Shown here piece after piece: positions 8,164 through 18,730 of a DNA stretch of 64,000 nucleotides. Where the stretch lies: positions 2,097-66,096 of the forward strand of contig JAPLNX010000165.1 of the NCBI GenBank assembly GCA_026400935.1, in the 5' to 3' direction. How positions within the stretch are numbered: the stretch's first letter is position 1; every line of letters begins with the position of its first letter. Below the pieces are notes generated by a model. That model was not told where the DNA came from. It saw nothing but the letters and a program-made list of their open reading frames with translations, and searched no databases. Both the position numbers and the translations under genes were made by a program. The DNA is from Planctomycetia bacterium. Its GTDB lineage: Bacteria > Planctomycetota > Planctomycetia > Planctomycetales > Planctomycetaceae.

Positions 8164-8562
8164 ATGAAGTTTTCTCTCTTAAATATTGGCTACTTCATGT
8201 TTGTTGGGTTGATTGCTGGCGAATTTGCAATCGACCAGCAGAGGAACATCAACGTTGGAAATCTGATCTACGATCAATTTGACGGTCATTTACGCAGCAT
8301 GACAAAGGCTGATGTCACTGAAATCGTCTTTCGAAACGTGCTCACGATGTCGTTGATCGTCGGCATAGTCGCAACGATTGTCTGGATGGCTTTAACCAGT
8401 TTTTCGAAGATCGTTGAGCGACCACGAACGGTTGCCGTCAATGCGATCATTGGCTTATCGATTGGTGCGCTTATTTCAACAACGGTTTACCAAATACTGG
8501 ATGGGTTCGGTGTTTCGATTTCAGATGGGTTCAGGATGCTGTTACGGCCAATAATAGAATAA
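8164..8562 (+). CDS. small hypothetical membrane protein
   Basis: 132-aa ORF with about three hydrophobic helices. It is visibly more AT-rich than its surroundings. No recognisable motif. Confidence 0.45.
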   Translation: MKFSLLNIGYFMFVGLIAGEFAIDQQRNINVGNLIYDQFDGHLRSMTKADVTEIVFRNVLTMSLIVGIVATIVWMALTSFSKIVERPRTVAVNAIIGLSIGALISTTVYQILDGFGVSISDGFRMLLRPIIE

Positions 8563-8563
8563 A

Positions 8564-9736
8564 TCATGGTCGAATCGCGTCCGCAGCAATCGTTCCGATG
8601 CGGCCTGCGAGTGGGTTCACGGAGCCTTTGCCGTCGGGGTGGACTCGATTGCTGAGGAAGATCACGAACAGGCCGGTGTCGGGATCAATCCAAAGAGCTG
8701 TCCCGGTGAAGCCGCCGTGGCCGAAGGCGTAGTCCGACATCGATGCGCCTCGATTGCTTGAGTATCCGGTTTTCATGTCCCAGCCGAGTGCTCGCTTTCC
8801 GGACGGGACGTTGCGGGGGCGCGTCATCTCGGTCCAAGTGACTTCGGACATGATGCGAGTTTCGCCCAGTTGGCCTTTCATCACCATCGCGGCGGCATAC
8901 TTCGCGAGGTCTTCTGCCGTTGAGAACAACCCCGCGTGGCCAGCGATGCCGCCCAGCAGATGGGCTCGCGGATCGTGGACTTCGCCGCGGATGAATTCGC
9001 CGTTTCGCTTTTCCGTCGGTGCGATCCGCAGTCGGAGTTCCGGCTTCGGTTTGAAATCGGTTTCCGACATCCCGAGCGGATCGAACACGTTGGTCTTCGC
9101 AAATTCAGCCACCGAAAGTCCGGAGATGTTTTCGACGAGTTTGCCCAAGACCTCAAAGCCGACGTCGCTGTAAGTGAACTTCACGTTCGGTTCCGCCAAT
9201 GGCTTCAGGCTCGCGATGTTCGACCACGCCTTTTCTGGTCCCTGTAAATAATCCGCAATGCGGTTGTCGGCGATGAGCCCGCCGGTGTGAGTCAGCAAGT
9301 GTTCAATGTTGATCTTCTCTTTGCCGTTATCGGCGAATTCCGGCCAATGCTTGGCAACTGGATCGTCCAATCGCAGCTTGCCCCGTTCGATCAACAACAT
9401 GATGCTCGTTGCGGTTGCGATCGGTTTGGTCAGCGAAGCGAGGTCAAAGATCGTGTCGGTGGTCATTGCCTCGGAGGACGGTTCGAGTTGCCGTTGTCCG
9501 AATGCCTTCACGATTGCCAGTCGATCGCGACGTCCGATCGCGACGACACAGCCTGGCATTTTCTTTTCGGTGAGAGCTTGCTCGACAACTCCGTCAATCT
9601 CTGCCAACTTCGGAGCATCGAAGCCGATATCAGCGGGTGCAGCTAAAGGGAGCCTTGGCGGGGATGCCTCAAGCGTCTCGCACGCAATCAGAACCACTAC
9701 TAGGATAGCGCTCACCAAAAAACGAATTAGAGTCAT
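8564..9736 (-). CDS. serine hydrolase, beta-lactamase/esterase (class C-like) family, exported
   Basis: SxxK motif in ASLTKPIA, YSD (Tyr-x-Asn-like position), HGGFTGT box, N-terminal signal peptide. Confidence 0.85.
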   Translation of the reverse strand: MTLIRFLVSAILVVVLIACETLEASPPRLPLAAPADIGFDAPKLAEIDGVVEQALTEKKMPGCVVAIGRRDRLAIVKAFGQRQLEPSSEAMTTDTIFDLASLTKPIATATSIMLLIERGKLRLDDPVAKHWPEFADNGKEKINIEHLLTHTGGLIADNRIADYLQGPEKAWSNIASLKPLAEPNVKFTYSDVGFEVLGKLVENISGLSVAEFAKTNVFDPLGMSETDFKPKPELRLRIAPTEKRNGEFIRGEVHDPRAHLLGGIAGHAGLFSTAEDLAKYAAAMVMKGQLGETRIMSEVTWTEMTRPRNVPSGKRALGWDMKTGYSSNRGASMSDYAFGHGGFTGTALWIDPDTGLFVIFLSNRVHPDGKGSVNPLAGRIGTIAADAIRP

Positions 9737-9816
9737 TGGGTTTCCAAACCGGATGAAAATCGCAAGATTTCAAAATGCGGATGAAGGACAACAATCTTGG
9801 GGGGACAACATGAATC

Positions 9817-11097
9817 ATGTCTAAGCACGATACCGCGTTTCAAATCATGGCGTCCAATTGCCGCTTCGGTTGCGGGATCACACACGAGGTCGGGATGGAC
9901 TTGGTTGATCTCGGCGCAAAGCGGGTGTTGGTCGTCATTGACCCGGCACTGAGATCGTTACCGACAGGTGCCGTCGTGCAGCAGTCGTTGGAAGAGAGCC
10001 AACTGGAGTTCGCGGTCTTCGACAAAGTAGAAGTCGAACCGACCGACACGAGCTTCCTTGCAGCAGCAAAGTTTGCGACCGAAGGACAGTTTGATGCGAT
10101 CGTGGCAGTTGGCGGCGGGAGCACGATCGACACGGCGAAAGCGGCGAACCTGTACGCGACTTATCCGGCGGATTTTCTGGACTACGTCAATCCGTCGATT
10201 GGCAAACAGAAAGCCGTGCCGGGACCGCTCAAGCCATTAATTGCGATTCCGACAACCGCGGGAACGGGGAGTGAAACAACGGGTGTCGCGATTTTCGACT
10301 ACACGCCGCTGCGAGTGAAAACGGGAATCGCGTCGAAGTACTTGCGGCCCACGATGGGGCTAGTTGATTGGGACAACACTCGGACTCAGCCGGCGGCGGT
10401 CGCCGCGAGCGCTGGCTTGGATGTGTTGAGTCATGCTCTCGAAAGTTACACAGCATTGCCTTACGACCAACGTCTTAGACCGGATCGACCGTCGCTGCGA
10501 GCGGCCTATCAAGGGGCGAATCCGATGAGCGATGTATGGGCATTGCGGGCGTTGGAAATCGTCGCTGAGTTTCTGCCGCGTGCGGTTGCTGATATCAGCG
10601 ATGATGAAGCTCGAATGCAAATGATTCTCGCGTCCTCAATGGCGGGAATCGGGTTCGGCAATGCGGGAGTTCATTTGCCGCACGCGATGGCCTATCCAGT
10701 GGCGGGTATGGTTCGGGAATTTCGACCGACTGGATACGCGACGCAGAATCCGTTGGTGCCGCATGGCATGTCAGTCATCTTCCACACTCCGGCGGTTGCG
10801 AGATTCACGGCGGTAACGTCGCCGGAGCGACACTTGATTGCAGCAAAAGCGCTCGGCGCGGATGTGTCTCACGCGAGTTTGGTTGACGCGGGACGCATCT
10901 TGGCGGATCGAGTCATTCACTACATGCAAATACTGGCGATGCCGCGCGGACTCAATGCGATCGGCTATTCGACTTCGGACCTGCCTGATTTGGTCGAAGG
11001 AACACTGGCTCAGCAGCGGCTGTTGAAATTGTCGCCGCGGTTGACGGAACCGGATGAGTTAGCAAAGTTGTTTGACGAATCACTGGTGATTTGGTGA
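9817..11097 (+). CDS. iron-containing alcohol dehydrogenase family protein (hydroxyacid-oxoacid transhydrogenase-like)
   Basis: VAVGGGSTIDTAKAANL nucleotide-binding motif, IPTTAGTGSE, and conserved His-rich metal site (GVHLPHAMAYP). Confidence 0.85.
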   Translation: MSKHDTAFQIMASNCRFGCGITHEVGMDLVDLGAKRVLVVIDPALRSLPTGAVVQQSLEESQLEFAVFDKVEVEPTDTSFLAAAKFATEGQFDAIVAVGGGSTIDTAKAANLYATYPADFLDYVNPSIGKQKAVPGPLKPLIAIPTTAGTGSETTGVAIFDYTPLRVKTGIASKYLRPTMGLVDWDNTRTQPAAVAASAGLDVLSHALESYTALPYDQRLRPDRPSLRAAYQGANPMSDVWALRALEIVAEFLPRAVADISDDEARMQMILASSMAGIGFGNAGVHLPHAMAYPVAGMVREFRPTGYATQNPLVPHGMSVIFHTPAVARFTAVTSPERHLIAAKALGADVSHASLVDAGRILADRVIHYMQILAMPRGLNAIGYSTSDLPDLVEGTLAQQRLLKLSPRLTEPDELAKLFDESLVIW

Positions 11098-11305
11098 GCC
11101 GTTGCGGTTTCTCAACACGTGGCACAATCGGATCGGACTCCTGGGCCTTCTCACTCGAAAGACCTTGTCGCTTTGACGGTCACCTGAAGCGGGCCTATCA
11201 TGGCCAGCCATCAATAGATTCAGATGGATGCTGGAGCAACGCACTGTTGCCCTTGGCTGACCAGATACGACAACACAAATCGAAACTACTCGCGAGAGGT
11301 GCAAG

Positions 11306-13621
11306 TTGAGACTCTTCGACACGAACCGGGTTTGCCTGTTGTTGTTGGCCGGAACTCTGGCGCTAGTTGCTAGTAGCCAGCATGTTTTCGCTCAAATCCC
11401 GACAATCACGTTGACGACGCCGCTGGCAGTGAAGCCCGGTCAACCGACTGACCTGAAGTTGCACGGAGCGAATTTGGTTGGGCCGACGCAACTTTGGACG
11501 AGCTTTGCGGGGACCAACGTGCTGGCTCCCGAAGTAGCAGGCAACGGGACGAACGCGGCGGAATGCGTTTATAAAGTGACTGTTCCGAGTGATGTGCCGG
11601 TCGGGATTTACGGCGTGCGCGTCGCAAATGCGAACGGAACTTCGCCGTTGCGGTTGGTGGTTGTCGATGACTTACCATCGGTGGCTCAAGTGGCCGGAAA
11701 CAATGCGCCGGCAGGTGCTCAAGCACTGACATTGCCCGTCGCGATTGATGGCCAAGTGGGTTCGCTGAGTCAGCATTACTTCAAGTTCACGGTTGCTGCC
11801 GGACAACTCGTAACGATGGATGTGCTCGCGCGACGCATTGGATCGGCTCTTGATCCGATGATTCGGCTGCTCGATGCGAAAGGTCGCGAACTTGCTTATA
11901 GCGACGATGTTCCCGGCCTCCGTTCGGACTGTCGTCTGTGTTATCAATTCAAAGACGCAGGCGAATACATACTCGAATTGCGAGATATTCGCTTTCAAGG
12001 AAGCGCCAATCACTTCTTCCGACTACGGATGGGTGACTTCCCGTGCGTGACTGTGCCATATCCATTAGCGGCGAAAAAGGGAGCCGCAGCGAGCGTCAAT
12101 TTCGCGGGACTGAATCTGGATGGCGTGTCACCGGCTGCGGTCAATTTTCCAGCAGACGCACCATTTGAGTGGGCCTCGATTGGTGCGAAACGAGCGAATG
12201 GGGCGAGCAGCAATTTTGCTCTGATCGGCGTCAGCAATCGCGATGAGTTTCTGGAAACGGAACCAAACGATGATCCGAAAGCACCGAATCGAGTTGATCT
12301 CGCACAAGGCATCAATGGTCGTTTCGACAAGCCCGGTGACATCGACCACTTCGTCTTCGCGGCCAAGGCCGGACAAGCAATGACCTTCACGGGGATTACT
12401 CGACGACAAGGATCGCCTGTGTCTTTGAATCTGCGACTAATGAATGCGGCTGGCGGACAGGTCGCCGCAAAAGAAGACTTCGGGGCAATCGATCCAACGT
12501 TTGATTTCACGTTCCCTGCCGATGGCGATTACACGCTGATTGCTCAAGACCTGCATCGTCAAGGTGGGCCACAGTACGCGTACCGCGTTGTCGCAGTGCC
12601 GTTACTGGCGGGATTCACGTTGTCTGCATCCGCAGATACTGTCAGTGCCGTCACCGGTGGCGTGACAATGATCACAGTGACGGCGGCCCGGAAGAATTAT
12701 GCCGGAACAATCAATGTCGCGGCGGTTGAGCTCCCCGCAGGCGTGACGAGTCATCCGACTTTCATCGGGCCAGGACGTGACTCTGCGGTTCTGACTTTAC
12801 GTAGTGCGGCTGAGGTTCCCTCCGGGAAAATCACGCTCTCCAAAGTCGTCGGAACAGCGAAGGTGAATAACGCGGATGTCACGGCAGTCGCTTCAGTGTC
12901 GCCCGCTTTGACTGCGTTGTTCAACGGCCTTCCATGGCCTCCGCAAGATTTGGCAAATTCGTTCTCGGTCGGTGTCGCCCCCAAAGGGGTCATCAGTTTA
13001 CGAACGGAACCGGAGGAGATCGTCTTCGGCAAAGACCTCTCTGCGACCGTGAAGTTGATTGTGACTCGACAAGAGAAATTCGATGAGCAGATCGTCGTGG
13101 CGGTTACTCCAGCGGCGAATGGATTGCCAGCAGGCATTACCGCTGCGGTGAAGCCGATTCTGAAGGGAACGAACGAGATCGAGATCGTCTTCACTGCGAA
13201 CGCTCAAGCTCCTGATGGTGAGTTTACCGCGTCGATCACCGGCGCGATCAACCAAAATGGCGTCAATACAACGCAGCCTGCTCCTGGCATCACGTTGCGG
13301 TTGAAGCCGGCATTCAACGTGGTTGCCAAATTCGACGCAGACAAAGTCGCTCGCGGCGCAACTCTCAAAGGGAAAGTGACGATCGAACGCAACCCTGCTT
13401 TCAAAGGCCCGATCACTTTGACGTTGCAGAATCTCCCCAAAGGTGTGACGGTCGCTCCCGCGATGATCGCCGAAGGAGCAGTTGAAGCAGAAATCGTTCT
13501 GACAGCCGCGGCTGATGCGGCTCAAGGCGCAGTTAATAATATCAATATCAAAGGTGACGCAATGAACGGTGCCGCTAAGTTGGCGGGAACATCACCAAAC
13601 ATTGCACTGACTGTCGAATGA
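11306..13621 (+). CDS. secreted protein with pre-peptidase C-terminal (PPC)-like domains
   Basis: TTG start and signal peptide LLLLAGTLALVASSQHVFAQ. ETEPNDDPKAPNRV...GRFDKPGDIDHFVF is typical of PPC domains. An earlier PPC-like segment ends in LDPMIRLLDAKGRELAYSDD. Confidence 0.65.
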   Translation: MRLFDTNRVCLLLLAGTLALVASSQHVFAQIPTITLTTPLAVKPGQPTDLKLHGANLVGPTQLWTSFAGTNVLAPEVAGNGTNAAECVYKVTVPSDVPVGIYGVRVANANGTSPLRLVVVDDLPSVAQVAGNNAPAGAQALTLPVAIDGQVGSLSQHYFKFTVAAGQLVTMDVLARRIGSALDPMIRLLDAKGRELAYSDDVPGLRSDCRLCYQFKDAGEYILELRDIRFQGSANHFFRLRMGDFPCVTVPYPLAAKKGAAASVNFAGLNLDGVSPAAVNFPADAPFEWASIGAKRANGASSNFALIGVSNRDEFLETEPNDDPKAPNRVDLAQGINGRFDKPGDIDHFVFAAKAGQAMTFTGITRRQGSPVSLNLRLMNAAGGQVAAKEDFGAIDPTFDFTFPADGDYTLIAQDLHRQGGPQYAYRVVAVPLLAGFTLSASADTVSAVTGGVTMITVTAARKNYAGTINVAAVELPAGVTSHPTFIGPGRDSAVLTLRSAAEVPSGKITLSKVVGTAKVNNADVTAVASVSPALTALFNGLPWPPQDLANSFSVGVAPKGVISLRTEPEEIVFGKDLSATVKLIVTRQEKFDEQIVVAVTPAANGLPAGITAAVKPILKGTNEIEIVFTANAQAPDGEFTASITGAINQNGVNTTQPAPGITLRLKPAFNVVAKFDADKVARGATLKGKVTIERNPAFKGPITLTLQNLPKGVTVAPAMIAEGAVEAEIVLTAAADAAQGAVNNINIKGDAMNGAAKLAGTSPNIALTVE

Positions 13622-13714
13622 TGTGACTTTCTGAATTACCACCGTGATGAATTCGGTGCGTTCCCAGTGCCTTCCTTGTGTTCTGCCACCCACCTACTCG
13701 GTTGAGGAATAATC

Positions 13715-16147
13715 ATGCAGAGGCCTCAAATCTTCCTCGTTGTGGCGATGATCGCCACACTCACCTCGTCATTTCTTTATGCAGCAGATCAGCCGACGGG
13801 ACTTTCGCTAGCTCCCGGCAAGTTTGAACTGCGAGGAAATCGCGCTCAGCAACAACTTGTCATCAGCGGTACCTACACCGCTGATGATGTTCGTGACCTC
13901 ACGACCGGTGTCACACTGACATCGTCGAATCCCGCTGTCGTGAAGATCGACGGAACGTTGGCGAAACCAGTAGCCGACGGAACAGCTCAAGTGACCGCAA
14001 CACTCGGCGGGCTAACTGCCTCCGCTGAAGTGACCGTCAAAGAGATGGCGATACCTTCGCCGGTCAGTTTCAAGAACGAGATGTTGGCCGCTTTGACGAA
14101 GGCCAGTTGTAATATGGGAGCGTGTCACGGATCGCCATCGGGAAAAGGGGGCTTTCGCCTCTCATTGCGCGCGTTTGATCCAACAATTGACACATTGACG
14201 CTCCGTTCGGAATTCATGCAACGCCGCATCAATCCTGTTCAGCCCGACGAGAGTTTGCTCATCAAAAAGCCGTTGATGGATGTTGCTCACGGCGGCGGAC
14301 GGCGAATTAAGAAGGGTGATCCGGTCCATCGTGTTTTTCATGGATGGATTGGTGAGGGACTGCGATTGGATGCAGACAATGTGCCTGAAGTGGCGAAGAT
14401 CGAAGTCTTTCCCAACAAGCGAGTCTTCCGCCCCGCTGGCTCACAACAACAATTGATCGTGATGGCAACATTCGCTGATGGCAGCATGCGAGATGTGACT
14501 CCGCTAACCGTCTTCAGTTCTTCAAATGAGCAGGTCGCATCTGTTAACGAAAACGGTTTGGTTTCCAAAGGTGGCCGAGGTGAGACTGCGGTGCTCGCTC
14601 GCTTCCTCGACAAGATGGCAACCAGCCAGATCACGTTCTTGGAAGATGTTCCTGGCTTCGCATGGAACAATCCTGCCGAGCACAACTTTGTCGATAACCT
14701 CGTTTTCGAGAAGCTCAAGCAACTGCAAATTCTTCCTTCGGACTTATGCTCTGACGAAGAATTTCTGAGACGAGCATACCTCGACGTGACCGGTCGCTTG
14801 CCGACAATCGAAGAGACGACGGCCTACCTCGCCAATCAAACGCCCGACAAACGAAATTTGCTGATCGACCAACTTGTCGAAAGCGACGACTTCGCAGATT
14901 TCTGGACGCTCAAATGGAGCGACATCCTGCGATCAAACAGCAAGAAGATCACAGCGGTCGGGACGCAAAAATTCCGCCGTTGGGTTTACGATTCGATCCG
15001 CACGGACAAACCATTCGATCAGTTCGCTCGTGAATTGCTGACCGCGAGTGGTAGCGTGTTTGAGAATCCCGCTGCCAACTACTGGCGGGCCAGCCGCGAT
15101 CCAAACGACGCCGTCGAAACAACGGCTCAACTCTTCCTTGGTATTCGCATTCAATGCGCGAAGTGCCACAACCATCCGTTCGAGCGTTGGTCGCAAGATA
15201 ATTATTACGGCATTGCTGCGGCGTTTACTCGGATCGCACGACAGAAAGGTGACACCGCCGAAGAAGAAATCATTTATCCAATGGCGACTGGTGAAATCAC
15301 TCAGCCGCGCACTGGTAAGCAGATGAAAGTGCATTTGCTGCTGAAAGGCGATGTTGAAGATGCGGCTGGACAGGACCGTCGCGAAGTCTTCGCGAATTGG
15401 CTGACCTCGCCAGAAAATCCGTTCTTTGCTCGATCAGCGGTGAATCGAATTTGGGGTCATCTACTCGGTCGTGGCATCGTCGAACCGGTTGACGACTTCC
15501 GCGATTCAAACCCGCCATCGAACGCCAAGCTACTGGATGAACTCGCTTCACAGTTTGCAAAGAATAAATTCAGCCAAAAGTGGGCTGTGAAAACAATCTT
15601 GAAGAGCCGGACATATCAGCTCAGCTCGCGCAAGAACAACTTCAATAAAGACGATGAGATTTATAATTCGCACGCCAACACCCGTCTGCTGTCCGCAGAA
15701 CAATTGCTGGATTCGATCTGCCAAGTGACGAACGTTCCTGAAACATTCGCGGGGCTTCCTGCTGGAACGCGTGCTGTTTCGCTCGCCGATCCCCCGACAG
15801 ATCATTACTTCTTGAAGATCTTCGGGCAGCCTCAACGTGAGATGGCTTGCCAGTGCGAGCGATCGAACGAATCGAACCTTTCCCAAGCATTGCAGATGAT
15901 TAACGGCCCGACCGTGCATGGCAAACTACGTGCGGACGCTGGTCGCATCGCGATCTTCATCAAGGAGAACAAGCCGGACGACGAGGTCATCACGACGTTG
16001 TATCTGTCGGCTCTGAGCCGCAAGCCAACGCAGGCAGAGCTCGATGCGGCAAAGCGTCACATCGCCGCTCAACAAGATCGCCGTCTGGCTCTCGAAGACG
16101 TGGGGTGGGCAATCTTGAACTCGAAGGAGTTCTTGTTCCAACACTAA
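13715..16147 (+). CDS. DUF1549/DUF1553 (PSD1-type) domain protein with N-terminal Ig-like domain
   Basis: SCNMGACHGSPSGKGGFRLSLR, IQCAKCHNHPFERWSQDNYY and MACQCERSNESNLSQALQMING are hallmark motifs of this planctomycete family. Signal peptide present. Confidence 0.85.
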   Translation: MQRPQIFLVVAMIATLTSSFLYAADQPTGLSLAPGKFELRGNRAQQQLVISGTYTADDVRDLTTGVTLTSSNPAVVKIDGTLAKPVADGTAQVTATLGGLTASAEVTVKEMAIPSPVSFKNEMLAALTKASCNMGACHGSPSGKGGFRLSLRAFDPTIDTLTLRSEFMQRRINPVQPDESLLIKKPLMDVAHGGGRRIKKGDPVHRVFHGWIGEGLRLDADNVPEVAKIEVFPNKRVFRPAGSQQQLIVMATFADGSMRDVTPLTVFSSSNEQVASVNENGLVSKGGRGETAVLARFLDKMATSQITFLEDVPGFAWNNPAEHNFVDNLVFEKLKQLQILPSDLCSDEEFLRRAYLDVTGRLPTIEETTAYLANQTPDKRNLLIDQLVESDDFADFWTLKWSDILRSNSKKITAVGTQKFRRWVYDSIRTDKPFDQFARELLTASGSVFENPAANYWRASRDPNDAVETTAQLFLGIRIQCAKCHNHPFERWSQDNYYGIAAAFTRIARQKGDTAEEEIIYPMATGEITQPRTGKQMKVHLLLKGDVEDAAGQDRREVFANWLTSPENPFFARSAVNRIWGHLLGRGIVEPVDDFRDSNPPSNAKLLDELASQFAKNKFSQKWAVKTILKSRTYQLSSRKNNFNKDDEIYNSHANTRLLSAEQLLDSICQVTNVPETFAGLPAGTRAVSLADPPTDHYFLKIFGQPQREMACQCERSNESNLSQALQMINGPTVHGKLRADAGRIAIFIKENKPDDEVITTLYLSALSRKPTQAELDAAKRHIAAQQDRRLALEDVGWAILNSKEFLFQH

Positions 16148-16187
16148 TGCGGCGACGCATTGATTGAATCATGAAGCAAACGTGACC

Positions 16188-16224
16188 GACACCCGGCGCA
16201 GTTATCTGCGTCGGGTGTTTTTCT
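16188..16224 (+). terminator. rho-independent terminator for the DUF1549/1553 gene
   Basis: cgacacccggcgcag-ttat-ctgcgtcgggtg, a 13-bp stem with one G-U pair, followed by tttttctt. The right arm overlaps the last codons of the convergent gene. Confidence 0.6.
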
Positions 16225-17278
16225 TGGGGTTTTTGATCGCTTGTTTTTCGTCCGCGTCGGTCTTTGGTGAAACAACGTTTTCCGACGGACTAGCACCTGT
16301 TCCCGCTTCTTCTTCAGCGGCCGCTTCTCGGCCAGCACGACGTTGCAGGCGGATGAAGATTTGGAAGCTGCGTGGCATTGGCGAGACGAAGCGGAGGTCT
16401 TTGCCCGTCACTGGGTGCTGGAATCCGAGGACGTGTGCGTGCAGCGCCAAGCGGGTGTGTGGCCAATCATCGTGCTTGGTCATGTTCGGTCGGTATCGGC
16501 GATCTCCAACAATGGGATGCCCTGCTTCGGCCAAGTGGACACGGATTTGGTTACGACGTCCGGTGTCGAGTTTGACGCGAACGAGTGTGGTCTCGAAGAG
16601 GATTTGATCCACCATAAAGTGGGTCATCGCATACTCGCCTTGCCCGGGAGTCGTGACAGAGTGTTGGCTGAGCCGCTTGCTAGTCACGAGATAGCTCTCG
16701 TAGGTTCCCGATTCTTGCTCCATACGTCCGGCGACCAAGGCAAGATACTCTCGTTCGGGCGCACGGAGGCGAAGCTGATCTTGTAAGGCTCCGGCAATTT
16801 CGGACTGCTTGGCGAAGACAAGCAATCCTGACGTTTCGCGGTCGAGCCGGTGAACGACTAATGCTCGCCGTTGTGGGCCGAGGTAACGCGAAACTTCATC
16901 AACAAGCGTTCGAGTTTCTTGGCGTTCGGTGGGAACGGTCAAAATTCCCGCTTGCTTATCAACAACAATGAGATAGTCGTCTTCAAAAATGATCTTGAAC
17001 GTCTGGCACTGAAAATTCTCTTTGCGGCCCTTTTCCTGAAACTTGTCGAGCCACTTCTCTCGATAACGGCATTGCGGATCGTAGGTCACGGAGACGACGT
17101 CCCCGGCTTTGACTTCGGTAGAAGGTTCTGTCGTTTTGTGGCCATTGATCGTGACGCACCCGCTCATGCACATGCCGCGTAGTTGTGAGCGAGACTTCTC
17201 GGTCAATGATTTTAGAATTAGGTCAACTCGGCCAGCTTGGTCTGCGGCGACCGCGTGTTGCTTGTGTTCAAGGGGCAT
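16202..17278 (-). CDS. RluA-family pseudouridine synthase with S4 domain
   Basis: HRLDRETSGLLVFAK catalytic motif, N-terminal S4-like segment, RNQIRVHL. Low-complexity basic C-terminal tail. Confidence 0.85.
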   Translation of the reverse strand: MPLEHKQHAVAADQAGRVDLILKSLTEKSRSQLRGMCMSGCVTINGHKTTEPSTEVKAGDVVSVTYDPQCRYREKWLDKFQEKGRKENFQCQTFKIIFEDDYLIVVDKQAGILTVPTERQETRTLVDEVSRYLGPQRRALVVHRLDRETSGLLVFAKQSEIAGALQDQLRLRAPEREYLALVAGRMEQESGTYESYLVTSKRLSQHSVTTPGQGEYAMTHFMVDQILFETTLVRVKLDTGRRNQIRVHLAEAGHPIVGDRRYRPNMTKHDDWPHTRLALHAHVLGFQHPVTGKDLRFVSPMPRSFQIFIRLQRRAGREAAAEEEAGTGASPSENVVSPKTDADEKQAIKNPKKNTRRR

Positions 17279-17338
17279 GATGAATTTCGTGAGTGTTGTG
17301 ATCGCGGCGCGAGATGACCGAAGGCAACCAGATCGCGA

Positions 17339-18697
17339 TTAAGTCATGCGCATCCAAGCGGCTTTGAGATAATCAGATTCTGGGTGGCTCGCTGAAACAG
17401 GATGGTCTGGCGATGCTCCGGTACGAAACATGAGCTGCATTTCGCGTGGGCCGCGACGTTGGAAGCCGTTGTCGTCGGCAGGGCCGATCGGTGCTCCTGC
17501 TTGTCTCGATGCGGAATACAGCAGGCGCAAGAAGTCCGCTTCTTGAAGCAGGCCAGAACAAGTACAGCTCAGTAAAATGCCACCGGGTTTGACCAACTGC
17601 ATCGCCAGGCGATTGAGGTCGAAGTGTCTACGGGTGCCTTCATCAAGTTCTGCTCGATTGCGAATCAATTTTGGCGGATCGAGTACCACGACGTCGTATT
17701 CACGACCGTTGCGAATCATGTCTCGCATATAGGCGAAGGCGTCCGCTTGGACGAAGGTTGCTTTGACACCGTTGAGCTGCGCATTGCTGCGAGCGATCTT
17801 CAGCGGTTGCTCATCGAGATCAACTCCTGTGACTTCTGCTGCTTGGCCAAGATGCTTGGCCGTGATCGAAAACCCGCCGGTGTAGCAACATAGATCAAGC
17901 ACTGACTTGCCGGCGGTGAAATCAGCCAGCCGACGGCGATTGTCTCGCTGATCGCAGAAAAATCCGGTCTTGTGGCCACCGATGAACTCGATCCGAAATT
18001 TGGTGCCGAACTCTTGCACAACAGCAGAACGGGGCAGATCGGGCGAGGTGATCGGTTCGGCGGTATAGCCCTCTTGACTCTCTGTATAAGGCCCGGGTCG
18101 AAGTACCCAGTGCTTCGTGCCAACAACTTCCGCCAAGCGTTCAAGGATCGCTTGCCCGCGTTGAAACAGGCCGAGGCCAAATGCTTCGGCAGAGAGGGTA
18201 TCGCCGTAGCGATCTATCACGATTCCCGAAATTCCGTCTCCCTCCGCGTGAATGAGGCGATAAGTGTCGGTGACCTCATCGAGCCTCAAGACTTCGCGTC
18301 GAAGCTGCACGGCCTGTCCCAGCAGATGATCCCAAAACAAATCATCGGGGGGCGCTTCACCGGGGCGGATGACTCGGATCATGATCTCAGACTTCGGGTT
18401 GAAATAGCCGAAGCCGAGCGTCTCATCGCGAGATCCGACTAACGCCACCAAATCACCAGGACCGGCTGGCGGATCAGGGGGTCCATCGAGCCGCTTACGG
18501 TAAATGACCGGGCTTGCACCGAGCGTTCGCAGCGGGACCGCTGATTCAATCTCTTCGGGCAAATCGAGGGGTCTTTGAGCGGTGAGCGACAAAGCAGACC
18601 GGAATTTGGAACGAGCAGGAGGGCGCATGGCCGCAATCTTATCGGCACCACGAACGGATTGCCAAAGAGGCCGCAGCAGCCTGAGTCGAGTGTGCAA
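17339..18697 (-). CDS. rlmI: class I SAM-dependent rRNA (cytosine-C5) methyltransferase, RlmI-like
   Basis: PUA-like N-terminal region, SAM motif VLDLCCYTGGFS, DVVVLDPPK. The start could be the internal Met 23 codons downstream. Confidence 0.7.
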   Translation of the reverse strand: MHTRLRLLRPLWQSVRGADKIAAMRPPARSKFRSALSLTAQRPLDLPEEIESAVPLRTLGASPVIYRKRLDGPPDPPAGPGDLVALVGSRDETLGFGYFNPKSEIMIRVIRPGEAPPDDLFWDHLLGQAVQLRREVLRLDEVTDTYRLIHAEGDGISGIVIDRYGDTLSAEAFGLGLFQRGQAILERLAEVVGTKHWVLRPGPYTESQEGYTAEPITSPDLPRSAVVQEFGTKFRIEFIGGHKTGFFCDQRDNRRRLADFTAGKSVLDLCCYTGGFSITAKHLGQAAEVTGVDLDEQPLKIARSNAQLNGVKATFVQADAFAYMRDMIRNGREYDVVVLDPPKLIRNRAELDEGTRRHFDLNRLAMQLVKPGGILLSCTCSGLLQEADFLRLLYSASRQAGAPIGPADDNGFQRRGPREMQLMFRTGASPDHPVSASHPESDYLKAAWMRMT

Positions 18698-18730
18698 AGA
18701 TCGTGAATCAGGGAATGATGTTCGTCAGCG

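Noticed and set aside
16164-16607. 147-aa + strand ORF overlapping the 3' end of the RluA-family gene
   Set aside because: It starts inside the terminator hairpin and lies antisense to a gene carrying the HRLDxxTSG motif. Its composition is Arg/Ser/Cys-rich.
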